Shown here in pieces: positions 43,614 through 51,118 of a stretch of DNA of 64,000 bases (positions are counted from its first letter, which is position 1; each line of letters begins with the position of its first letter). The DNA is from a virus, in the IMG/VR virus record IMGVR_UViG_3300006155_000004; one strand, given 5' to 3'. The notes beneath the pieces are model-generated. The model had not been told where the DNA came from, ran no database searches, and was given only the letters and a program-made list of their open reading frames with translations. Position numbers and translations under genes: made by a program.

Positions 43614-44162
43614 GTGGCAGATAAAGAGTATAAGCGTAAAGGATATGCGCCGGATTTGTCAGAAACAGATAACATAATGGCGGTTACTGATATTCTTTTA
43701 ACGACTGTTAAATCTGGCAGACCTGCGGAATACCCAGAAGATGGGCATGGGCTTGAAAGATTCAAGAAAACGACGGTTGAATACTTGGAGCATGTGCAGG
43801 AAATAAACAGTGGTGACGATGTGTCAAAGAAAGTCATTCCGGATATTGAATCATGGGCTTGCTATTTAGGCATTACAAGGGCTACATTGGCCACATATGC
43901 AAGGACAAGGGGAGAGGATTGGAAGCAGTTTATAGCGGTTGTCAAGAATGGCATAGCGGCGGTTAAGAAAGACGCTGCATTCCATCAGCAGATAGCCCCG
44001 GTTATGGCCATGTTTGACTTTACAAACAATCACGACTACGTGAATACAAATGAGTTTAAGTTAAATGCAAGTGTTACAGAAGATGCAAAGAAAGTATTAA
44101 CCGCTAAAGAACTTCCTAAATTGGGAGATGTGGATAGTGCAGAAGTAAATGATAATATATAA
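43614..44162 (+). CDS. terminase small subunit-like protein
   Basis: GTG 43614, 8 nt after GGAGG; ...IESWACYLGITRATLATYARTRGEDWKQFIAVVKN...MAMFDFTNNHDY resembles the HTH plus oligomerisation core of TerS families. Confidence 0.55.
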   Translation: MADKEYKRKGYAPDLSETDNIMAVTDILLTTVKSGRPAEYPEDGHGLERFKKTTVEYLEHVQEINSGDDVSKKVIPDIESWACYLGITRATLATYARTRGEDWKQFIAVVKNGIAAVKKDAAFHQQIAPVMAMFDFTNNHDYVNTNEFKLNASVTEDAKKVLTAKELPKLGDVDSAEVNDNI

Positions 44163-44832
44163 ACATATATAATTATTATGTTCTGTGCAGTGATTATATA
44201 TATAAAAAATTGCTTATTGTGGTATGTATGTGTGATTATATGATAGTTAATCAATGGGGCTGCGGGTCATGAAAGGGCTAAGTTCCATGAGCATTTCTTT
44301 ACACGAAAAAAGCCACAAAGAGCGGGCGCCTCACCAATGGCAAAGCGTGTCCGACATCATGGCTGGAACATGCCAGGGGCAAGAGGGGGGGGGCGGACAA
44401 GAGGACGGTTCTGACGGCTATGGGACTGCCGAAACTGGGCGGCAGTGAGGTTAAAGGGATAGATGTTGTGGAGTATGGGGAGCGAGGTACAACATATTGA
44501 TTTTGCAGTGTAAAAAATAGCAAGGTAAATTTTACACAGTTATTTTCAAACATATGTTCATTGATTTTTGTGCATATTGACGATAAAAAAGAGCCTTGTT
44601 GGGTGTGGGAGTGGTTGGAAGTACCCACCCCCGGGGTTTGTAGGAGAGCCACCGAGCCGCTTATTAAGCTGGTTCTGCAAATTTTTTAGAAAAAAGGGGG
44701 TTGCAACAAGTCGATCTAAAAATTTCCCGAAAAATAAAAAGGCATCCAAACATAGGACACCTTAAAATTATTTTTCAAAAACAAAAAGGTAATATTTAAT
44801 TATATTATATATACCGCGCTGAACATTGATAA
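44163..44832. other. 670-nt ORF-free region with a GC-rich, hairpin-dense core (candidate structured RNA or packaging/recombination site)
   Basis: No protein-like ORF on either strand; G9 tract 44385-44393; perfect stems such as ACTGCCG/CGGCAGT, ATGTTGT/ACAACAT, GTGTAAAA/TTTTACAC. Confidence 0.3.
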
Positions 44833-45045
44833 TTACATACCCCTTTTAATCCACTGTATATCATAACCAACAATATCCAATATTTCCAAAATTTCATTGT
44901 ACTTAAATGTTTCTTTGGAAAGACGGTTACTAAAGTTTTGATAGCCAAGATTGGTATTGTGTCTTTTGTTTAGTTCGTCATTTATCTGTGCCATTGTGTA
45001 GCCGGATTTTATGATAAGTGCTTTCAAATCATTTTTGTAAGCCAT
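44833..45045 (-). CDS. XRE-like HTH regulator
   Basis: ATG at 45045 with GGAGG RBS; ...IIKSGYTMAQINDELN...; divergent from the recombinase. Confidence 0.55.
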   Translation of the reverse strand: MAYKNDLKALIIKSGYTMAQINDELNKRHNTNLGYQNFSNRLSKETFKYNEILEILDIVGYDIQWIKRGM

Positions 45046-45089
45046 AAGATACACCTCCTTGAATGGAATACATTATATCATAATAAATT

Positions 45090-45160
45090 TTCATTGTAAA
45101 GTTATAAAAAGACTTGCGTTTTATTATGAAAAGGTGTATAATTTCATTATAAAGTTATAA
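45090..45160 (+). promoter_or_regulatory. promoter plus two 18-bp direct repeats (operator or res-like subsites)
   Basis: TTCATTGTAAAGTTATAA (45090-45107) and TTCATTATAAAGTTATAA (45143-45160); TTGCGT, 17-nt spacer, TATAAT at 45114-45142. Confidence 0.6.
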
Positions 45161-45177
45161 TTAAGGAGGTAAATACA

Positions 45178-45750
45178 ATGAAGGTCGGATATGTCAGAGT
45201 TAGCACAGTAGAGCAGAACGAGGACAGGCAGCTAAAAGGACTTGAAAACTTCGGGATTGACAAATGGTACATTGAAAAGATTTCTGGTAAGAACACGAAC
45301 AGACCAGAGTTTCAGAAAATGATGTCAGAAGTCAAAGAGGGAGATATAATCTACGTTCACGCATTGTCAAGGCTTGCAAGGAATGCAAGGGATTTGCTGA
45401 ATATTCAGTATGAATTACAGGAAAAAGGCGTGAATTTAGTTAGCAACAAAGAAAGCATAGATACAACAACCCCTGTTGGCAGAGCGTTTTTTGGAATGTT
45501 GGCAGTGATGAACCAGTTTGAGCGTGAGGTCATGTTGGAAAGACAGGCAGAGGCTATCGCTGTTGCGAAAGAAAAAGGCACATACCGTCACAGGGGGGAT
45601 AAAAAAATTGACGTGGATTTGTTTGACGAGAATTATAGCCTTTACATTGACGGAAACTTGACTAAGGTTGAGTTTGCAAAGAATATAGGCGTTTCCAGAC
45701 CCACTCTTGATAAGATTTTGAAGAAAAGAGAGGGAGGAGAGGAAATATGA
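45178..45750 (+). CDS. small serine recombinase (resolvase/invertase family)
   Basis: MKVGYVRVSTVEQNEDRQ catalytic-serine motif; 190 aa with C-terminal HTH (NIGVSRPTLDKIL). Confidence 0.9.
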   Translation: MKVGYVRVSTVEQNEDRQLKGLENFGIDKWYIEKISGKNTNRPEFQKMMSEVKEGDIIYVHALSRLARNARDLLNIQYELQEKGVNLVSNKESIDTTTPVGRAFFGMLAVMNQFEREVMLERQAEAIAVAKEKGTYRHRGDKKIDVDLFDENYSLYIDGNLTKVEFAKNIGVSRPTLDKILKKREGGEEI

Positions 45751-46217
45751 AAATATTTGGTTATGTCAGGGATAAAGACGGAAATTTTGAAAATCGCAAA
45801 AATAAAGTCATTGAATTTTCAAAACAGATGGATTTTTCGATAGATAAATTTATCTGTGAAAAATCTTCTGAAAACTACGAAGATATGACAGAGATTAGAA
45901 AGCTACTGGAAGACGAAAAGGATTTTGTTCTTTTAGTTTCTGACGCATCGGATTTATTTGAAGATGACTATGCCTGTGTAAAACTCTTACCGATTTTAGA
46001 GAAAAATAATGTGTTTTTGGTAGACGCATATTATCCTAATTTGGACTATCGAATGATGATGGAGAAAAACTGTAAAGATTGTCCGTCAAACTTCTTGCAA
46101 AATCGCCTTATGGTAATATTGGAAATATATTTGAGGAAAAAGTATGATGGGAGCGATGACAATATGGTTTATGGTGATATGAGGACAAGGCTTTCTGAAT
46201 GGAAAAACAGCTTGTAA
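45747..46217 (+). CDS. resolvase N-terminal-domain-like protein lacking the catalytic serine
   Basis: MKIFGYVRDKDGN aligns with MKVGYVRVSTVEQ (Ser to Lys); no C-terminal HTH; ATGA overlap. Confidence 0.55.
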   Translation: MKIFGYVRDKDGNFENRKNKVIEFSKQMDFSIDKFICEKSSENYEDMTEIRKLLEDEKDFVLLVSDASDLFEDDYACVKLLPILEKNNVFLVDAYYPNLDYRMMMEKNCKDCPSNFLQNRLMVILEIYLRKKYDGSDDNMVYGDMRTRLSEWKNSL

Positions 46218-46328
46218 ACCAAACAACAAGTTCTAACCAACAAAAGATAAAATCTCAAACCACTCCCGATTAAATCAATCAAAACACCAAAGCTACCAAC
46301 AACAAAATCAAATATAAGGCGGTGCAAC

Positions 46329-46511
46329 ATGAACACAGTACAAGAAAACATAGAACTTTTCCGAAAACTGCAATCAGCACTTATCGAGGACAAAGTTTTG
46401 TATGACGCATTTGCCGCAAGTATAGAAAGTGCAATAAAAGAACTTCCACCACACATAGACAGAGAATGTGCGGCAAAGAGAATAGCGGATAGGATTATTG
46501 GGAGGGGATAA
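46329..46511 (+). CDS. hypothetical small protein
   Basis: ORF track; AAGGCGG RBS. Confidence 0.5.
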   Translation: MNTVQENIELFRKLQSALIEDKVLYDAFAASIESAIKELPPHIDRECAAKRIADRIIGRG

Positions 46512-46513
46512 GA

Positions 46514-46684
46514 ATGTGGGTAAAAGGAAAGCCAAACATAAGTGGAAATTACAAAGTTAGATACAAGGGAAAAGAGGGAAGAGACGACTATACAACTTCG
46601 GGCGGTGGTCATTGGTGGAATACAGGAACAATTCACGACCAAGAAGAGGTTGAATATGATCCAGCCAGTTTTAGGGAATTATAA
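46514..46684 (+). CDS. hypothetical small protein (56 aa)
   Basis: Hand-translated; GGGAGGGG RBS. Confidence 0.5.
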   Translation: MWVKGKPNISGNYKVRYKGKEGRDDYTTSGGGHWWNTGTIHDQEEVEYDPASFREL

Positions 46685-46688
46685 TTTT

Positions 46689-46760
46689 AGGGCTATCGCC
46701 AAACGGTAAGGCACAGCGCTTTGACTGCTGTATTTCCGGGTTCGAGTCCTGGTAGCCCTG
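46689..46760 (+). tRNA. tRNA-Gln (anticodon UUG)
   Basis: 7-bp acceptor AGGGCTA/TAGCCCT, anticodon loop CTTTGAC, T arm CCGGG-TTCGAGT-CCTGG. Confidence 0.8.
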
Positions 46761-47165
46761 TTGCCGCGACTTGCGCCGGAGTTGCGCGGGAATAAAGTTA
46801 ATGGGTCGCGGTATTAAATCTGAAAGCGAGGGAGTTTTGATGATTATTGCCATCTTTGGGATAATTGTTTTTCAACTCGTGGAACGGATTGCCATAGTCG
46901 AGAAATCCTCAACAGAGGTTTTGAGGAAATGCATCTGTATGTTAGGGTTTTCATACAATGCAATTCCGGCAAGGCATGAAGTCCCGTGAAAGCCATATCT
47001 GCAAGAAGATAATCCGCAAAATGCTGAAAAGCCAGTATTGATTATTAAAAATTATAATTGAGATAATGAACCAACAAAACTATCAAACATTGCGGATATG
47101 GCGGATTTAAGAAAATATATAAACTTATCGGCGGCGGCTTGTTGGTCTCGTTGCCGCCGGTTTAT

Positions 47166-47238
47166 GCGGGCATAGCTCAATCGGAAGAGCACTGGACTCC
47201 AAAACCAGAAGTCGTAGGTTCGACCCCCTCTGCCCGTG
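47166..47238 (+). tRNA. tRNA-Trp (anticodon CCA), non-canonical stems
   Basis: Acceptor GCGGGCA/TGCCCGT, D arm GCTC..GAGC, loop CTCCAAA; A-A at 31:39 and two mismatches in the T stem (GTAGG/CCCTC). Confidence 0.55.
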
Positions 47239-47390
47239 CTTAGTATCAAATATTTGTATTATTCGATATCTCCTTTTAACCCCGTAGTGGAATGCTGTTA
47301 AGAGCCATCGCACGGCTTGCGGGGATTCGGTGGAGCGACCACCATTATAAAAACAATCCGTGTAAAAATGTCACAAGTCTTGCAGGCAGG

Positions 47391-47648
47391 ATGTCTAATG
47401 CCGAGGGGAAACTTGGAAAGATAATTTTCGGTTCATTTGTTGGAGATCCAGGAGGGAAAAACTATATTGAACTGCCAATAAAGAGTGCGGACGTTTTTAG
47501 CAACAATATACTAGCGATCAATGGTGATTTTGTTGTGTATGGCGGCTTCGTTATTGGTTTCAACTTCTACAAAGAAAATGTCGTGTGTATATTATCTGCT
47601 GCGAGAAGCGGGGCCATAAGGATCAATTATATATATTTCCATGTTTAG
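47391..47648 (+). CDS. possible beta-rich small protein (85 aa)
   Basis: In-frame ATG 47391 inside ORF 47292..47648; weak RBS. Confidence 0.35.
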   Translation: MSNAEGKLGKIIFGSFVGDPGGKNYIELPIKSADVFSNNILAINGDFVVYGGFVIGFNFYKENVVCILSAARSGAIRINYIYFHV

Positions 47649-47719
47649 GCGCGTCAGTTGAAAGATAAGTGAAATGGTTTGTGTGGCGGGGAGGAACCCG
47701 CAAAAGGGAGGATATGGGA

Positions 47720-47902
47720 ATGGCGAGCACGACAAGAAAACCAATTCCAAGGAAGTATGAAGAGTGCCTAAATTGCCCGAACGATATTCCTGGTTATGGA
47801 AAGTGTAAGATAAAGTTTGACAATTTTTATTATCGGAGAGGGAAAAATAATCGTTGTTTCCATTGTCAAGAGGAAATCAGAAAATTGAAATTAGGATTCT
47901 AA
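47720..47902 (+). CDS. small zinc-ribbon protein
   Basis: ATG 47720, 8 nt after GGGAGG; CLNCP...CFHC. Confidence 0.5.
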   Translation: MASTTRKPIPRKYEECLNCPNDIPGYGKCKIKFDNFYYRRGKNNRCFHCQEEIRKLKLGF

Positions 47903-48010
47903 AATCCATTTTAAGCCATTTTAACCCCACGCCCTATAATTTCATCACCGAAACACAAAAGAGGGCGTTTTGGGGCAAATAGGAGCGTTAGAGAGGTATC
48001 AAAACAATAA

Positions 48011-48093
48011 GGGAAGTTATACAGTAGGGGCAGCGGGGCAGTCTGTAAAACTGTTATCTTTGGATTCGGGCGGTTCGACTCCGCCACTTCCCA
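48011..48093 (+). tRNA. tRNA-Tyr (anticodon GUA), long variable arm
   Basis: Perfect acceptor GGGAAGT/ACTTCCC, loop CTGTAAA, perfect T arm GGCGG-TTCGACT-CCGCC; D stem poorly defined. Confidence 0.75.
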
Positions 48094-48211
48094 TTTTGAT
48101 AATACTTGCCATTATCAAATCAAGCACAGCATGAGCCTTTAGGGTATAGTGCGGTAGTCTGATAAACTATGTGGGGAATGGGAGGCAAGTTTCCAAACCC
48201 CATGCTTGTAT

Positions 48212-48283
48212 GGTGTCATAGCCAAGTGGATAAGGCAACAGACTGCAACTCTGTTATCGAGGGTTCAAATCCCTCTGACATCT
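48212..48283 (+). tRNA. tRNA-Cys (anticodon GCA)
   Basis: Acceptor GGTGTCA/TGACATC, loop CTGCAAC, perfect T arm GAGGG-TTCAAAT-CCCTC. Confidence 0.8.
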
Positions 48284-48456
48284 CTTTTTATAAAAACCTG
48301 TCGGTCAAGCCTATATGGTGAGCAAAAATAGAGAATCAGTAAAGCCTTAAATGACCGTAAAACCCGTGATAGCCCCGGACACGCAAGGGATTAGTTTCCC
48401 GGATACGGAAATCGTCACGAATTGCCGCATAGTTGTGAAAGGTCTATGCGGAATAT

Positions 48457-48530
48457 GCGGGAGTACCCAAGTGGTGATTGGATGCGTCTTATACACGTCA
48501 ACGCCGCAGGTTCGATTCCTGCTTCCCGTA
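48457..48530 (+). tRNA. tRNA-like, anticodon UAU (Ile/AUA), irregular anticodon stem
   Basis: Acceptor GCGGGAG/TTCCCGT, perfect T arm GCAGG-TTCGATT-CCTGC, loop CTTATAC; the anticodon stem gives 5 pairs only if T48498 is bulged. Confidence 0.45.
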
Positions 48531-48635
48531 CTTAACAGCGGAATAGCCCGACGGGGCAAAAAGTGGCAAACTCCACAAGCCGCCTGTCCGTTGTTTAACA
48601 AAATTGTGGAGAGAAAAGCATAGTGGAGGTGCGAT

Positions 48636-49367
48636 ATGGAAAGAAAATCCAACAGAAAATTAGCAACAGAAAGACAGATTTCGTATGCAAATGCAATTTC
48701 AAGCACGCTTGGTTCTGGTCTTTCTTTTTCAAAAGATGATAGTTATTACGAAGTAAACAAATTCATAACAGAAAACGAGGAAAAATATAAAAACAAAGGT
48801 AATGAAAAACTTGCAAGTATAAGGCAAATTGACTACGCAAACGCTATATCCAATTTCTGCAATATCGGCATTTCTTTTGATGAAAATAGTACATACATAG
48901 AAGTTGCAGATTTCATATCGAAAAATAAAGACGAATACATGAGAATGAGATGGAGAGAGTCCATTTGCGAATATAAAAAAACGGAAAACAGCATTGATGT
49001 TCCAAAAGAAAGCATGTTGTTTATTTGTGATAACTTGTTTAAGAAACATGGGTTATACGCATTTATCGGAAAAGATGACATGGTTTTGTATATTGGAAAA
49101 TCAATAGATTTATCATCAAGAATACCAACATCGTACAAAGAAAGAAAAGAATATGCAAAAATAAATAAGATTATGTATTATGTTGATGAAAACATGGCAA
49201 ACGTAAACATAATGGAAATATTGCTGATAGCAGAATATAACCCGGTTTTAAATACAGAAAGTAAAACTGAAGATGTTCCCACAAAATTTCACAGCGGGAT
49301 TGATATATTAAACGATTTCAAAGAGATACCGCATTTTTGTGATTGTGAAATGGGGGTGGGGGCATGA
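48636..49367 (+). CDS. GIY-YIG domain protein with duplicated N-terminal module
   Basis: GLYAFIGKDDMVLYIGKS...R...E; N-terminal repeats ATERQISYANAIS / ASIRQIDYANAIS. Confidence 0.6.
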   Translation: MERKSNRKLATERQISYANAISSTLGSGLSFSKDDSYYEVNKFITENEEKYKNKGNEKLASIRQIDYANAISNFCNIGISFDENSTYIEVADFISKNKDEYMRMRWRESICEYKKTENSIDVPKESMLFICDNLFKKHGLYAFIGKDDMVLYIGKSIDLSSRIPTSYKERKEYAKINKIMYYVDENMANVNIMEILLIAEYNPVLNTESKTEDVPTKFHSGIDILNDFKEIPHFCDCEMGVGA

Positions 49368-50437
49368 GTGATTTAGTTGCCGTATCTGAAAAAGAAATTG
49401 AAGAAAAAGTTAAGTTTTTATCTTCCGCAAAATGCAACCATACACAGCATATGTATATTGACATTACTGGAGATTTGGTGCAGGGCACGCTTTTGTCAAG
49501 GATAATGTACTGGTTTTCTGTTGATAAAAACAAAAAATCAAAAGTCCGCATATTTAAAGACGATTATTTTTGGATTGCAAAACAGCGCAAGGACTGGTGG
49601 GAAGAAATACGGATAACCGAAAGGCAGTACGATAAAGCCATTAAAGAGTTAGAGAAAAAAGGATTTGTTGTACTTGCTAAATATAAATTTAACTCTATGC
49701 CAACGATACATATAAGACCAGATTATGAAAATATAAATTCTGCAACAAAGGAATGGGAAAATCAGTTGCGAAAAGAAATTGTTGCAGAGTACAAAAGAGA
49801 ATTACAGAATGAGACAGACGGGAATAACACAAAATGTAATTCCCAAGGGATTGGCACAAAGTGCAAAACGGGAGTTACGCAAGAAAGCAATCTTTTAACA
49901 TTGATTACTAACAATGACTACTCTGACATTAATTACATACCAGAAACTACAAAGGCAGAAACATTATCTAAAGATAATGACGAGGCAGATACAATCTCTT
50001 CAAAAAAGAGCTTGCCGACCTACGCCAAAAAGAAAACCAGATCAGAGTTGATGGAACTTGAAGCCGATATGTGCAGACGGTTTGTAAAGATTGGCAGTCA
50101 GTATGACATAACCGACACAGCCCTTAAAAACATAGTCAATGCGTTTGCGAGGTATTCTAGTAAATTTACAGAGCGTACAGAGAAAATACATCCGATTCTG
50201 AAAGATAAAACTCTGGAAAAGATATTTGTTACACTGGCGACAATATCGGATACAGAGTACAGCCATTTTGAAAATGTAGCGGACTATGAGCCAGACATCG
50301 ACGGATTGAGTTATCTTGACAAAATGGTGGACGAACACTTTAGCTCCGAACATGGAGGCAGTACAGACTGGCATATCTCTCATTTTGCAAGACCTGATTA
50401 TCTAGAAAAGATGGCACAGCATATTGTTGAGTGGTAG
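49364..50437 (+). CDS. winged-helix replication-initiator-like protein
   Basis: LLSRIMYWFS...FWIAKQRKDWWEEIRITERQYDKAIKELEKKGFVV pattern. Confidence 0.5.
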   Translation: MSDLVAVSEKEIEEKVKFLSSAKCNHTQHMYIDITGDLVQGTLLSRIMYWFSVDKNKKSKVRIFKDDYFWIAKQRKDWWEEIRITERQYDKAIKELEKKGFVVLAKYKFNSMPTIHIRPDYENINSATKEWENQLRKEIVAEYKRELQNETDGNNTKCNSQGIGTKCKTGVTQESNLLTLITNNDYSDINYIPETTKAETLSKDNDEADTISSKKSLPTYAKKKTRSELMELEADMCRRFVKIGSQYDITDTALKNIVNAFARYSSKFTERTEKIHPILKDKTLEKIFVTLATISDTEYSHFENVADYEPDIDGLSYLDKMVDEHFSSEHGGSTDWHISHFARPDYLEKMAQHIVEW

Positions 50438-50449
50438 GGAGGTTATCTG

Positions 50450-50743
50450 ATGGAATACTCAAACACACGTTTATGCAGCGGATATTTAAACAAACCAAAA
50501 CCCTGTGAACATTTTGAAAGCTGCGACATGAAGATCGGGTTTCAGTGGGACGAGAACGGAAACGAGCATTACATAATTGGCAGGGGTTGTAATTCCATGA
50601 GCTGCAAGCGAGACAATCCGGATTACAAGCCATTGACCAAGGCACAGTTCATAGAGATGTATAAGCAAATGCCGAACCGCACAAATATTTCTCTTTATGT
50701 GCTATTGGAGTGCGCAAGGATTAACGGAATGGTGGAGGAATAG
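50450..50743 (+). CDS. hypothetical Cys-containing protein
   Basis: ORF track; GGGAGG RBS. Confidence 0.6.
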   Translation: MEYSNTRLCSGYLNKPKPCEHFESCDMKIGFQWDENGNEHYIIGRGCNSMSCKRDNPDYKPLTKAQFIEMYKQMPNRTNISLYVLLECARINGMVEE

Positions 50744-50746
50744 CTT

Positions 50747-51118
50747 ATGAATCGCCAACAAAGACGCTATGCAGAGCGCAAAAACCAAAAATACAAAACC
50801 GCCACATACAACCTCACCAAGAGCCAGCTTGATAATGCCGTCAAAGATTCCGTCAAGTCAGAACTGGAAAAAGCATACCAGGACGGCGTAAATGAGGGAG
50901 TAAATCAGGCGATGATTCTGTTGCTTACCTTGCCGCTTGAAGTCCTCATGGATTTCTACTGGAAGAAAAGCTATACAAAGAAAATTCCCGAATTTACCCA
51001 ATACGTACTGGATTATTACGCGGCATGGCAGAACGGCGAACTGGACATGGACAAGCTGAAAGAGGATTTGTGGGAGTATGGCGGCGTGAGATTGGAGGCG
51101 TCTGCGAATGGAGATTGA
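50747..51118 (+). CDS. hypothetical protein
   Basis: ORF track; GTGGAGGA RBS. Confidence 0.65.
   Translation: MNRQQRRYAERKNQKYKTATYNLTKSQLDNAVKDSVKSELEKAYQDGVNEGVNQAMILLLTLPLEVLMDFYWKKSYTKKIPEFTQYVLDYYAAWQNGELDMDKLKEDLWEYGGVRLEASANGD

Noticed and set aside
44254-44652. ORFs 44254..44448 (+) and 44299..44652 (-) in the GC-rich island
   Set aside because: No RBS and implausible composition (G/Q/E or P/S/L runs). The region is better treated as non-coding pending analysis.
44654-44675. GAGCCGCTTATTAAGCTGGTTC hairpin resembling the ends of a group II intron domain V
   Set aside because: It is only 22 nt, with no bulge or GNRA loop and no reverse transcriptase or other intron domains nearby.
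43401-44820. Imperfect inverted repeat GCGCGG(A)TATATAT.. flanking the TerS gene and the ORF-free island, as a possible invertible segment for the nearby recombinase
   Set aside because: Beyond GCGCGG the match is a TA-dinucleotide low-complexity run with offsets. That is too weak to call without read evidence for inversion.
46840-46989. 49-aa hydrophobic ORF between tRNA-Gln and tRNA-Trp
   Set aside because: There is a plausible AGGGAG RBS, but it is very short and lies in a hairpin-rich spacer, so support is insufficient.
47239-47390. Suppressor tRNA search (a CTTAACA-like loop on the minus strand near 47300)
   Set aside because: The flanking stems do not pair and there is no acceptor or T arm. 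Stop-codon recoding is also unsupported, because TerL, portal and all long genes are intact in the standard code.
48128-48206. Possible sixth tRNA (anticodon arm GTAGT-CTGATAA-ACTAT, anticodon GAU)
   Set aside because: No T arm (no GTTCRA-type loop) and no D stem can be drawn. Only a 5-bp closing stem exists. It may be a decayed tRNA or just a hairpin cluster.
48351-48623. 90-aa plus-strand ORF
   Set aside because: It runs straight through the tRNA-Ile-like gene and hairpin-rich spacer, with no RBS.
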